Shown one piece after another: positions 29,523 to 39,057 of a stretch of DNA of 64,000 nt. Numbering within the stretch: position 1 is the first letter of the stretch; each line of letters opens with the position of its first letter. Location of the stretch: assembly GCA_964447685.1 (NCBI GenBank), contig CAYUTI010000001.1, positions 267,064 through 331,063 of the forward strand, in the 5' to 3' direction. The notes beneath the pieces are model-generated. The model searched no databases, was not told where the DNA came from, and saw nothing but the letters and a program-made list of their open reading frames with translations. The translations under genes were made by a program, and so were the position numbers. The stretch comes from Candidatus Woesearchaeota archaeon (GTDB lineage Archaea > Nanobdellota > Nanobdellia > SCGC-AAA011-G17 > CAYUTI01).

Positions 29523-29562
29523 ATAAGTTTTAATTATAAATAGTAAAAGGAGGGACATTAAA

Positions 29563-29784
29563 ATGACTAATAAAGAAATTCCTACTAAGACAATGGCTAT
29601 TTTGTTAGTATTTACACTAATAGTTGTTATGTCTGGAACTTGGGTTGTTGTAAGTAATGTAAGTCCTGAAGTATCTGCTATTGTAACAGGTTCAGTATTA
29701 GATGGTTCTACTACAGGTTATACTACTACTGATATCCCTGAAGAACCAGAATTAAATGAAACTTTGGAAGAAATTCCTGAATAG
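29563..29784 (+). CDS. small membrane/secreted protein
   Basis: 73 aa, one TM, Thr-rich. Confidence 0.4.
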   Translation: MTNKEIPTKTMAILLVFTLIVVMSGTWVVVSNVSPEVSAIVTGSVLDGSTTGYTTTDIPEEPELNETLEEIPE

Positions 29785-29820
29785 TAAGGCTTAAAAAAGC
29801 CTATTTCCTTTATTTATTCT

Positions 29821-30183
29821 ATGAAAAAACTAGTATTATTTTTAGTTTTAGTGGTATTATTGTCTAATTTTGCTAGTGCTTGGTATTCTTTAAGTTATGA
29901 AGATAGAGCTTATAGAGACCATCTTAGAGAGTATGAACCTGAAAGATATCAAGAAAATTATGGTTATGAGAGAAGTTCAGGTACTTATGGTATTTTTGGG
30001 AGTAGACATAGTACTAGAACAAGTAGTGAATGGAAAAGTGGTTATGTAAGTCCTAATTATAAAAATAGAATCTATGGCTTAAGAGAACCTATTCCTAGAA
30101 AGTATACTTATTCCTGGTATCGTCAAAAAGAGTATGTGCATTGTAGTTTGGATAATGGGAGATATACCTGTCATACTGATTAA
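29821..30183 (+). CDS. small secreted Tyr/Arg/Ser-rich protein
   Basis: Signal peptide; low-complexity mature region. Confidence 0.4.
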   Translation: MKKLVLFLVLVVLLSNFASAWYSLSYEDRAYRDHLREYEPERYQENYGYERSSGTYGIFGSRHSTRTSSEWKSGYVSPNYKNRIYGLREPIPRKYTYSWYRQKEYVHCSLDNGRYTCHTD

Positions 30184-30185
30184 AA

Positions 30186-30905
30186 ATGTTAGCTTTAATT
30201 TCTTTAGGATTATATTCTTTGAAAGATATAAGTATTAGAGGATTGGAGTTAGCTAAAAGTTGTGATAAATTATATTTTGAGAATTATACTTCTTATTTTG
30301 ATTCTTCTTTAGAAGAGATGAAAGAACTGTTTGGTGTTGAGGTTGTTGATATTTCTAGAGAAGAAGTAGAGAGTTCTAAGTTGATTAAGGAAGCTTCTGA
30401 GAGTAAAGTTGGTTTGTTAATCATTGGAGATGCCTTAAGTGCAACTACACATATTAGTTTGGTAAATGATTGTAAAGAGAAAGATATTGAAGTGGTTATT
30501 GTTCATGGTTCCAGTGTGTTTAGTGCTGTTGCTGAAACTGGTTTAAGTTTGTATAATTTTGGAAGAGTGATTAGTATTCCTTTTGATAATGAGTTGTTAA
30601 AGAAACCTTATGAAGATTATTTAGTTAATTTTGAAAAAGGTTTTCATACTTTGTTTTCGTTGGATTTGAAAGATGGCTCTTATATGACAATAAAAGAAGC
30701 TTTAGATTATTTAATTAGAGAAGGATTGAGTAAAGATGTTTTAGTTATTGGTTGTGCTGGGTTGGGTTCGGAGAAACCTGAAATTAAAGTTGGAAAAGTT
30801 TCTGAAGTTCTTGAAATTAGTTTTGAATTGAAACCAAGATGTTTGGTAATTCCCGGTAAATTACAGTTTTATGAAGAGGAAGCTTTGGGAAAGTTTAATA
30901 AATAA
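30186..30905 (+). CDS. dph5: diphthine synthase
   Basis: MLALISLGLYSLKDISIRGLELAKSCDKLYFENYTS is the Dph5 N-terminal tetrapyrrole-methylase signature. Confidence 0.75.
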   Translation: MLALISLGLYSLKDISIRGLELAKSCDKLYFENYTSYFDSSLEEMKELFGVEVVDISREEVESSKLIKEASESKVGLLIIGDALSATTHISLVNDCKEKDIEVVIVHGSSVFSAVAETGLSLYNFGRVISIPFDNELLKKPYEDYLVNFEKGFHTLFSLDLKDGSYMTIKEALDYLIREGLSKDVLVIGCAGLGSEKPEIKVGKVSEVLEISFELKPRCLVIPGKLQFYEEEALGKFNK

Positions 30906-30934
30906 GTTTACATTTTAATATTTAAGAAAAGAGG

Positions 30935-32386
30935 ATGAAAAAGAGGAAATTTAAACATGTTAAGGAGTATAAGGATTTTATTATTCTTATTTGGGTTATT
31001 TTTGGAGTTGGTTTAGTAATCTTTAATTCTAATCTTTCTTTGGAAGATATAACTGGTTTTGTTGTTAGTGGAGATGATTTTGATATCTTTGTTGAGTGTG
31101 TTATTCCTAATCAAAGTGTTGGACATGGAGATAGTGGTTATATTATTAATTTTAGTTATCTTTGGAATGGATTTGAAAATCTTAGTTTAGATGAAAGTAA
31201 ATTTAGAGGACCTAAAACTGATGTTGAACCTATTACAGTATTTGAACCTGGGAAACATTCTTTTTTAGTTGGCGTTCATGCTAATGGAAATTTAAATTGG
31301 GAAGTTGTTATTGAGGAAATTGAAAAGGGTATAACTGTTGGTAAGGATTATGGAACTGTTTGTAATGTTAGTTTAGATTTAGATGAAGATGGATTTTATG
31401 AAGATGATTGTGATGATACTAATGCTTTGATAAATCCTTATGCTTATGAAATTTGTGATGGTTTAGATAATGATTGTAACTTAGATACTTTAGATGGTTC
31501 TTTTGAGAATTGGTATTTTAACACTACTTCTTGTGGGATTGGAGAGTGTTTTGCTATGGGTATTATGGATTGTATAAATGGTAGTTTAGTGAATACTTGT
31601 ACCGTTCTTGATGAATCTGTTGAAGATTGTGATGGTCTTGATAATGATTGTGATGGTTTGATTGATGAGGATTTAACTAGAGAGTGTAGTAATAATTGTA
31701 GTGTTGGTGTTGAGATTTGTTTTGATGCTGAATGGATTAATTGTAGTGCTGAGGCTTGTGTAGAGGTTCCCTTGAATGAAACGATTCCTGAGAATGAAAC
31801 TATTCCTTTGAATGAGACAATACCTGAAAATGAAACCTTGCCTGAGGAAGAAATTGATTTTGGAATTGTTTTATTAAGTCCTGAAAATGAGTTGAGTACT
31901 TATGATAGAGATTTTGAGTTTGAGTATTTAAGTAATGCTAGCAATTGTAGTTTAATTTTAGATGGGATCGAGGTTAATGGTTTCAATTTTAATTTAGGGA
32001 TTGGTAAACATAATTGGAGTGTTAGTTGTTTAGAAAATTCTAGTGAGGTTTGGAGTTTAGTTATTTTAGAGCAAGTTAATACTGGAAGTTCTGGAAGTGG
32101 TTCTAATGGCAAGGATGATAATATAGAAATTGTTCCGGTTCAAGAGGTTGTAGAAGAACCTGAGGAGATTGTTGTTGAACCTTTTGAAGTTGAGACTGGA
32201 GGAAGTAGTAGAATTGTTAGAAATGAAACTATTATTGAAGATGAACCTTCGATTAATCCAATTACGGGTTTTGCTGCTTTGGATATAATGAGTGATCTAA
32301 ATCCTGGTTGGTGGTTGATTTTACTAATAGTTAGTTCTGGATTGGTTTATTATGTTTATAAGAAGAAGTTCTTGAAGAAAAAATGA
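30935..32386 (+). CDS. surface protein with MopE-like CDGxDNDCDG metal-binding motifs, NET tandem repeats and C-terminal TM
   Basis: CDGLDNDCN.. and CDGLDNDCDGLIDED; NETIPENETIPLNETIPENETLPEE; C-terminal TM + KKKFLKKK. Confidence 0.7.
   Translation: MKKRKFKHVKEYKDFIILIWVIFGVGLVIFNSNLSLEDITGFVVSGDDFDIFVECVIPNQSVGHGDSGYIINFSYLWNGFENLSLDESKFRGPKTDVEPITVFEPGKHSFLVGVHANGNLNWEVVIEEIEKGITVGKDYGTVCNVSLDLDEDGFYEDDCDDTNALINPYAYEICDGLDNDCNLDTLDGSFENWYFNTTSCGIGECFAMGIMDCINGSLVNTCTVLDESVEDCDGLDNDCDGLIDEDLTRECSNNCSVGVEICFDAEWINCSAEACVEVPLNETIPENETIPLNETIPENETLPEEEIDFGIVLLSPENELSTYDRDFEFEYLSNASNCSLILDGIEVNGFNFNLGIGKHNWSVSCLENSSEVWSLVILEQVNTGSSGSGSNGKDDNIEIVPVQEVVEEPEEIVVEPFEVETGGSSRIVRNETIIEDEPSINPITGFAALDIMSDLNPGWWLILLIVSSGLVYYVYKKKFLKKK
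31774..31845 (+). repeat. 4 x 18-bp tandem repeat encoding NETIP(E/L)
   Basis: aatgaaacgattcctgag / aatgaaactattcctttg / aatgagacaatacctgaa / aatgaaaccttgcctgag. Confidence 0.7.
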
Positions 32387-32592
32387 GTAGTGTAACTGTT
32401 AAAGTAAAGTGTGGAAAACCCAAGACAAAAATTGTTAAAGAGGGGGAGATAGTTATGTTGGATGTTAAGGCGAGGCCTATTAAGGGAGAGGCTAATCAAG
32501 AGATTGTTAAATTTTTTTCTAAGAAAACTGGTAAAAAGGTTAAAATCATTAAGGGTTTAAAAAGTAGTGTAAAGGTTCTGAAAATAGAGTAA
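32383..32592 (+). CDS. DUF167 (YggU/UPF0235)-like small protein
   Basis: 69 aa, KARPIKGEAN pattern. Confidence 0.45.
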   Translation: MSSVTVKVKCGKPKTKIVKEGEIVMLDVKARPIKGEANQEIVKFFSKKTGKKVKIIKGLKSSVKVLKIE

Positions 32593-32634
32593 GATTTAAA
32601 TAGTTAGATTACACCACAAATGTTAGATTAAAAA

Positions 32635-35600
32635 GTGGTGTATAAACGTTATATTACTGATAAGAATGGAAAAAAGAGAGGACCTTATTATTACAAGAAT
32701 ATTCGGGAGAATGGTAAGGTAAAATCTGTTTATTTAGGTACTAAGAATCCTGAAGATAAAAATGTTTTTAATTATAAACCTATGTTCGTAGTTGCTTTGT
32801 TTTTGATTGGTGTGTTTGGTATTGTTTTTTTGAATTTAGTTTATACTGGTTATTCTGTACATGAGTCTAATTCTTCTAGTACCGATGAGTGGATAATGTT
32901 TGGTAGAACTTTAAATAATACCCGACTTTATCCAGATAATATTAATTTAGCAAATTTTGGACTTTTGTGGACTTCTCCTGCTACTAGTGGTTCAATGGTT
33001 TATACAAGTGCTTCTATTCTTGAAGGAGTTTTATATTATGGAGATACAGGAGGTTATATTCGTGCTATTAATCTGTCTACTGGTGAATCAAGATGGAATT
33101 TTTCTTTAAATTCTACTATTACTTATTCTTCTTCTGCAATTGCGAATAATACTTTATTTATTGGTACAGGAAGTACTAATGAAGAGGGCAGTAAACAACT
33201 TTTTGCTTTAAATATTACGAATGGAACTCGGCTTTGGAATCGATCTCTTGGAAATGCAGTTGGTTCTCCGGTAGTATATAATAATACTGTTTATGTTATG
33301 ACTCAGAATAAGGTTTTTGCATATTCTTTATATGGTGATCACTTGTGGAATCGTAGTGGAAATGGATCAGATATTATTCCATATCCTCCTTCTTTAGCAG
33401 TATATAATAATACTTTGGTAGTTTCTTTAAAAGAAAGCACGAATCATTTTTTACAAGCTTTAAATGCTACTGATGGAACCTTATTCTGGAATTCTCACCT
33501 TCGGGGTAGAACATCAAATCCAGCGATTTATGAAGATGTAGTTTATGTTGGAGGAGGTTTAAATTCTTCTTGGGCAATGGTTACTGCAGTTTGGTTCACT
33601 AACGGAACCCAAAGATGGAATTATACTTTTGATCAGACTTGTTCGATGGTTCGGTCTTCTCCTGCGGTTTCTAATGATAGAGTTTTTGTTGGAGTTACTT
33701 GTCCTCAAGCCTTGGATGATTTTTATGCTTTTAATGCTACAAATGGTTCTGTTATTTGGAGTAAAAACTTGGGTACAAATTTAGTTCCAAGCCCTACTGT
33801 TACAAATAATGGAATTGTTTTTATGGGTTCTGATGACAATAAAGTTTATGCTTTTGATGTTACTAATGGAGATGAACTTTGGATGTATACTACTCCTAAT
33901 CTAATAACTTACTCTTCTCCTACTATTGTTGATGGAAGATTGTATATCGGTTGTGAGAACGGAAATATGTATGCTTTTGCACAAAATGATACTATCGCTC
34001 CTCAAGTTAATCTTCTTACTCCTCTTGATAATCAATCTTATTTTACAAGTGAAGCTACTAGAACACTTACTTTTACTTATAATGTTTCAGATGGAGGTAA
34101 TGATATTGCTAATTGTAGTTTAATTTTGGATGGTGCTGTGTTTAGTACTAATAGTACCATTGTTAAGAGTCAATCTAGTTTGAGTTTTGATGTGGCAATA
34201 CCTTATGGAGATCATACTTGGAATATTAATTGTACAGATTATGGAAATAATGAGGGAACTAATTCTAGTAGAAGTTTGAATTTATTACTTGTTTCTGAAA
34301 ATAACTCTATTAGTGATTGGTTAATGTTTAGAGGAACATTAAATCATACCGGTTATTATCCTGGAACGGTTAATTTGAATAATTTTGGTTTGTTGTGGAA
34401 TTATCCTACTTTTGATGATTTGAGTACTCCTGCATCTTCTCATGCTATTTATTCAAGTCCGGTTGTTTATAATAATACTGTGTTTTTTTCTGCTCAACAT
34501 CAATCCCCACCTATTCATAATCACTATTCTTTAAATGCTACAAATGGAAGCAAGGTTTGGAATTACAGTTATAATATACTTGGTTCTATTGGTGAACCTT
34601 CCAGCCCGGCTATCACTAACCATCTCTTATATGTAGGAAGTAGTATAGGAAATCTTACTTCTATCTGGGTTAATAATGGAACACCAAAATGGAAGGGAAT
34701 AGAGGGAGTTATCCTTTCAAGCCCAGCGATTTATAATAATACTCTTTTTATTGGAGAAGGAACAAATCTTTCTGCATTTAATGCAAGCGACGGTACTTTG
34801 CTCTGGACGCGTTACTCAAATAATTCGAATAATTATGCAACTCCTGCTGTTAGAGATGGTATAGTATATATGGGGGGGTCTAATGGTACTGGAAATCTTG
34901 GTGTATTCTATGCTCTTTGGACTAATAATGGAACTATAAAGTGGAGTAAGAAATTAAATGGAACTTATACATCTAGTCCTACTTTAGTTAATGATCTGCT
35001 TTATATCGGAACTTTGACTAAACAGGTTTATGCCTTAAATACTACTGATGGAGATATTGTTTGGAATTATACTACCGGAGATGTTATTTATTCTTCTCCT
35101 GCTTTTTTTAAAGGTGTGACTTATATTGGAAGTAATGATAATAATCTTTATGCTTTTAATGCTACCAATGGTACTTTAGTATGGAATTATTCTACAGGAG
35201 GAGATGTTTATTCAAGTCCTACAATCACAGAGAATGGTATTTTATTTGTTGGTGGGGCAGATAATAAATTTTATGCTTTTAATGCTACTAATGGAGAAAA
35301 ACTTTGGGAATATACAACAGAAAATCTTATTAGTTATTCTAGTCCTGCTATTGCAAATGGTAGGATTTATATTGGTTGTGTGAATGGAGATATGTATGCT
35401 TTTGCTGCAAGTGCGGATACGGATTATCCAATAGTTACTTTATCAATTCCTACTGCTGGACAGACTTTTTCAGTAGGTTCACAAAATATAAGTATTACTT
35501 TTACCTATAGTGTTTCGGATGTAAGTAATGATATTGCTAATTGTAGTTTGATCATTGATGGCGTTGTTAATTTGACTAATAGCACTATTGTTAAAAGTCA

Positions 35601-36858
35601 AAGCAGTTTATTTTTTAACCAAACTTTTGCTATATCAACAACTCATACTTGGGATGTAAATTGTACAGATTATGGAAATAATGAAGGAAATAGTAGTGGA
35701 CCTAGGAGTTTTAGTATAAATGCTATAACTAGCCCAGGAGGTCCTAGTTCTTCTAGTTCTCCTAGCACTCCCGTTACTCCAGTTACTCCAGTAGTAGTTC
35801 CTGAACCTAAGCCCGAAGTAAAACCTGAATCGGTGATAGAACCAGCACCTCCAGTTACAACTCAAATTTTGAGTAGTGCAGGTAACTCAAGAAGTCAGAT
35901 GAGATCTTGTTTGAAGGAAGCTGATTTTAGTCCTGAAGAAGCGGAGTATATAGTTGATGTGTTAGGTTTAGATTTGTGTGCTTTTAAGAGAGGTAATGTT
36001 GATATTGCTGTTGAGGAGAGATGTGGGGGTATAGAAATTGTTTTAGATTCTAATACAAGAGTATTTAGTTCAATGTTGGATAGTGTCCCTGAATTCTTAG
36101 TGGATTTTAGTGCTAAACAGATTAGTGAAGAATGCCCTTGGTGTAATAATGGTGTTAAGGATTATGATGAAGAAGGAATAGATTGTGGTGAAAGTTGTAA
36201 AGCTTGTGATGTTGTTGAGGAAGTTATTTATGAGTTTGATTATAAAGAAGTGTTGCCTTGGTGGTTGTTGATTCTTGCTTTTGGATTTTTGGTTGTTTTA
36301 TTTTATTTTAGAAATTACTCTAGGATTCATTTTAAATCTTTTACGGTGGTAGGGATTTTAATTGCTTTTGGATTATTTTTAATGAATGGTTCTGGTAAGA
36401 TTACTGGTGCTGCTATAGGTCTTGTTGATACATTAAATAATATCTATATCTTTGTTTTGTTTTGGTTTATTGTTTTTGGATTTTTAGGTTTTTGGATTTA
36501 TAAAAAAATTACTCGTGTTAGGCCTAGTTTGATGAGTGTTGAAAGTTTATTGAAAGATTGTATGGATTTACTGAAAAAAGAGGAATATGGTCATGCTAGA
36601 GAAGTGTTTGATTTAGCAGATAGCAGGTATCATGATTTACGTAAGAGTAACGAAGAAGTTGATAATCTATATAATGAAATTGAATTTTATCTTGAAGTTT
36701 ATGATTTATGTAATCGGATTAAATTGAAGGAAAAAGTTAAAGAAAAAGAATTTGATAAGTTGATTGCTAAGGCTTCTAAAATTAAAGTGAGTTCTAAAGA
36801 TGTTTATGCTGATATGAAATCTAAGTTTGATTCTGCTTTAAGAAGCTTTAAAAGATAA
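32635..36858 (+). CDS. giant (1407 aa) membrane-anchored surface protein: 2 x [PQQ-like beta-propeller + Ig-like module], Pro/Thr linker, Cys knot, 3 C-terminal TMs
   Basis: Repeated PQQ/BamB-like blades (VYVGS.DNKLYAFNATNGxxLWxYTT); duplicated ANCSLIxDG...IVKSQSSL...NCTDYGNNEG modules; dense NxS/T sequons; start is GTG/uncertain. Confidence 0.75.
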   Translation: MVYKRYITDKNGKKRGPYYYKNIRENGKVKSVYLGTKNPEDKNVFNYKPMFVVALFLIGVFGIVFLNLVYTGYSVHESNSSSTDEWIMFGRTLNNTRLYPDNINLANFGLLWTSPATSGSMVYTSASILEGVLYYGDTGGYIRAINLSTGESRWNFSLNSTITYSSSAIANNTLFIGTGSTNEEGSKQLFALNITNGTRLWNRSLGNAVGSPVVYNNTVYVMTQNKVFAYSLYGDHLWNRSGNGSDIIPYPPSLAVYNNTLVVSLKESTNHFLQALNATDGTLFWNSHLRGRTSNPAIYEDVVYVGGGLNSSWAMVTAVWFTNGTQRWNYTFDQTCSMVRSSPAVSNDRVFVGVTCPQALDDFYAFNATNGSVIWSKNLGTNLVPSPTVTNNGIVFMGSDDNKVYAFDVTNGDELWMYTTPNLITYSSPTIVDGRLYIGCENGNMYAFAQNDTIAPQVNLLTPLDNQSYFTSEATRTLTFTYNVSDGGNDIANCSLILDGAVFSTNSTIVKSQSSLSFDVAIPYGDHTWNINCTDYGNNEGTNSSRSLNLLLVSENNSISDWLMFRGTLNHTGYYPGTVNLNNFGLLWNYPTFDDLSTPASSHAIYSSPVVYNNTVFFSAQHQSPPIHNHYSLNATNGSKVWNYSYNILGSIGEPSSPAITNHLLYVGSSIGNLTSIWVNNGTPKWKGIEGVILSSPAIYNNTLFIGEGTNLSAFNASDGTLLWTRYSNNSNNYATPAVRDGIVYMGGSNGTGNLGVFYALWTNNGTIKWSKKLNGTYTSSPTLVNDLLYIGTLTKQVYALNTTDGDIVWNYTTGDVIYSSPAFFKGVTYIGSNDNNLYAFNATNGTLVWNYSTGGDVYSSPTITENGILFVGGADNKFYAFNATNGEKLWEYTTENLISYSSPAIANGRIYIGCVNGDMYAFAASADTDYPIVTLSIPTAGQTFSVGSQNISITFTYSVSDVSNDIANCSLIIDGVVNLTNSTIVKSQSSLFFNQTFAISTTHTWDVNCTDYGNNEGNSSGPRSFSINAITSPGGPSSSSSPSTPVTPVTPVVVPEPKPEVKPESVIEPAPPVTTQILSSAGNSRSQMRSCLKEADFSPEEAEYIVDVLGLDLCAFKRGNVDIAVEERCGGIEIVLDSNTRVFSSMLDSVPEFLVDFSAKQISEECPWCNNGVKDYDEEGIDCGESCKACDVVEEVIYEFDYKEVLPWWLLILAFGFLVVLFYFRNYSRIHFKSFTVVGILIAFGLFLMNGSGKITGAAIGLVDTLNNIYIFVLFWFIVFGFLGFWIYKKITRVRPSLMSVESLLKDCMDLLKKEEYGHAREVFDLADSRYHDLRKSNEEVDNLYNEIEFYLEVYDLCNRIKLKEKVKEKEFDKLIAKASKIKVSSKDVYADMKSKFDSALRSFKR

Positions 36859-37308
36859 AATTGGTTGAATTTTATCTTCTATTACTTCTTTGTTAATTGC
36901 ATTAATTTTTGAATTTAATACATTAAAAGATTTTGTTAGTAAAGTTATATTCCAAGTTGGTTTAGAATTTATTGTTTGTAGGATTATTATTGTTTTTTCT
37001 TCTTGTTCTTCTGGGTGTTTATCTTTGATTAATTCTATTATCTCTTCAGGTGTTGTTTTTATTTCAGTTATATCTAAAGGTTCTAGATCTTTTTGTTCTT
37101 TGCTGAATTGTTTCTCTTCTTTGTAAGCTAGTTTGTTAGCTTTGAAAGAGGTGATTAGTTTTGTAGTTTTTGAGAAGAAATCTAGTTGCCATTCATTGTC
37201 TATTAAAGAACATGAGCATAGGTGGGATTCTTTATTTTCTTTTTTGAAGGTTTTGTAGTCTTCTGATTTATTTAGGTTTTTTAGTTCTCTTTTTAGTTGG
37301 TCTAACAT
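36838..37308 (-). CDS. hypothetical protein
   Basis: 156 aa; coupled to thrS. Confidence 0.4.
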   Translation of the reverse strand: MLDQLKRELKNLNKSEDYKTFKKENKESHLCSCSLIDNEWQLDFFSKTTKLITSFKANKLAYKEEKQFSKEQKDLEPLDITEIKTTPEEIIELIKDKHPEEQEEKTIIILQTINSKPTWNITLLTKSFNVLNSKINAINKEVIEDKIQPILSFKAS

Positions 37309-38984
37309 TTTTTAGTTTCTATTTCTTTAAGTAAGTCTTTAATGAAAGAGTCTAGTTTAACATCAAACTTAACTTTTCCATCTCTATCTCTTACTGCTAA
37401 AGTCTTTTTTTGTTGTTCTTTATCACCTATTGTAACCATATAATTTACTTTTTCTAGTTGAGCATCTCTTACTTTCTTGCCTATTGATTCGGTTCTATCA
37501 TCTAATTCTACTCTGATGTTGTTATTTAATAATTCTTGATGAACTTTTTCTGCGAATTTTATGTTTTTATCATTCATGGTTAGGATTTTAACTTGAACGG
37601 GTGAAAGCCAAAGAGGTAGTTTGCCGTTTAAGTGTTCTAGTAAAATTCCAATAAATCTTTCTAGTGAACCGAAGATAACTCTGTGAAGCATTACTGGTCT
37701 TTGTTTTTTGTCATTTTTATTAGTGTATTCTAGTTCAAATCTTTCAGGCATTGCAAAGTCTAATTGAATTGTTGCACACTGCCAGGTTCTGTTTAAAGAA
37801 TCTTTAATATGGAAATCAATTTTTGGACCGTAAAAAGCTCCATCTCCTTTATTAATTTTGAATTTCATCTTGTTCTTTTTTAGAACTGATTCTAGGATTT
37901 TTTCTGCTTTATCCCAAAGTTTCTCATCTCCTATTCTTTTTTCTGGTCTTGTTGAAAGTTCTACATGATATTCTAATTTGAAGATTTTATAGAATTTGTC
38001 TATTAGTTTCATGATATTATTTATTTCTTGTTCTATTTGGTCTTCTGTACAGAAAATATGAGCATCATCTTGTGTGAATTTTATTACTCTAAATAAACCT
38101 GCTAAAACTCCTGATAGTTCTTGTCTATGTACTTGACCTAGCTCTCCTACTCTTAAAGGTAAATCTTTGTAGGATTTTGGTCTTGATTTGTAAATTAGTA
38201 AATCTCCTGGACAGTTCATAGGTTTAACTGCGAATTCTCTATTTTCATATTGAGTTAAGAATATATTATCTTTATATTTTTCCCAGTGTCCGGAAATAAG
38301 CCAAAGTTTTTTATCTAGGATTTGTGGAGTTGAAACTTCTTTATAACCTGCTTTTCTGTGTTCAGTTCTCCATAGGTTTACTAGTTCATTGTAAATTATT
38401 AATCCTTTGTCATGCCAGAAAACCATTCCTGGTGCTACATCATTGAAACTGAATAAATCTAAATGTTGACCTAGAATTCTGTGATCATTATCTTTTAGTT
38501 TAGAAGTATCTAGTTTTGCCTTTGAGATTTCTTTTAGTAATTGTTTTGGGTCATAAGCTTCTTTAGATTCATCTATTTTTATCTCTCTTGAAAGTTCTGA
38601 TAAAGGATGACCTTTACATGAGATTGTGAAAGCTTTATACCAGCCAAAAGGTGCTCTTGTTACTTTGAAACCTTTTAGTTGTTTTTCTGCTTCTATTAAC
38701 ATGTTTAGTGCAGTACTTGGAGATGATGGTTTATTTGTCAAATGAACATAAGGGTATAGAACAATGTTCTTTGTGTTTACTTTTTTTGCAATGTCTTTTA
38801 TGTTTTTTACTAGTTCTTCTACTGCTTTTTTTGAATTATTTTCATCTCCTTTTTCACCTGCAGTTAGAACTACTAGACATTCTTTTACTTCTATTGGTTC
38901 TTTACTTATTTCTTCAGCATCTTTGATTGCTTTCTTTTTTGCTTCAATCTTTATATAGTCTGAATGTAAAGCTAAGATTTTCAT
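37302..38984 (-). CDS. thrS: threonyl-tRNA synthetase (archaeal type, N-terminal DTD-like editing domain)
   Basis: N-terminus MKILALHSDYIKIEAKKK (archaeal editing domain); class II motifs FRVIKFTQDDAHIF and GPKIDF. Confidence 0.85.
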   Translation of the reverse strand: MKILALHSDYIKIEAKKKAIKDAEEISKEPIEVKECLVVLTAGEKGDENNSKKAVEELVKNIKDIAKKVNTKNIVLYPYVHLTNKPSSPSTALNMLIEAEKQLKGFKVTRAPFGWYKAFTISCKGHPLSELSREIKIDESKEAYDPKQLLKEISKAKLDTSKLKDNDHRILGQHLDLFSFNDVAPGMVFWHDKGLIIYNELVNLWRTEHRKAGYKEVSTPQILDKKLWLISGHWEKYKDNIFLTQYENREFAVKPMNCPGDLLIYKSRPKSYKDLPLRVGELGQVHRQELSGVLAGLFRVIKFTQDDAHIFCTEDQIEQEINNIMKLIDKFYKIFKLEYHVELSTRPEKRIGDEKLWDKAEKILESVLKKNKMKFKINKGDGAFYGPKIDFHIKDSLNRTWQCATIQLDFAMPERFELEYTNKNDKKQRPVMLHRVIFGSLERFIGILLEHLNGKLPLWLSPVQVKILTMNDKNIKFAEKVHQELLNNNIRVELDDRTESIGKKVRDAQLEKVNYMVTIGDKEQQKKTLAVRDRDGKVKFDVKLDSFIKDLLKEIETKKC

Positions 38985-39057
38985 GAGAATAAGTTTTGTT
39001 TTGATGTTTATAAATTTGTCGTTAACTTTATATATAAGTTTTTGATTTTAAATAGTA

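Noticed and set aside
32635-32640. ATG start for the giant surface protein
   Set aside because: The only upstream in-frame ATG is followed by a stop. The ORF must start at GTG 32635 or at an internal Met, and this remains unresolved.
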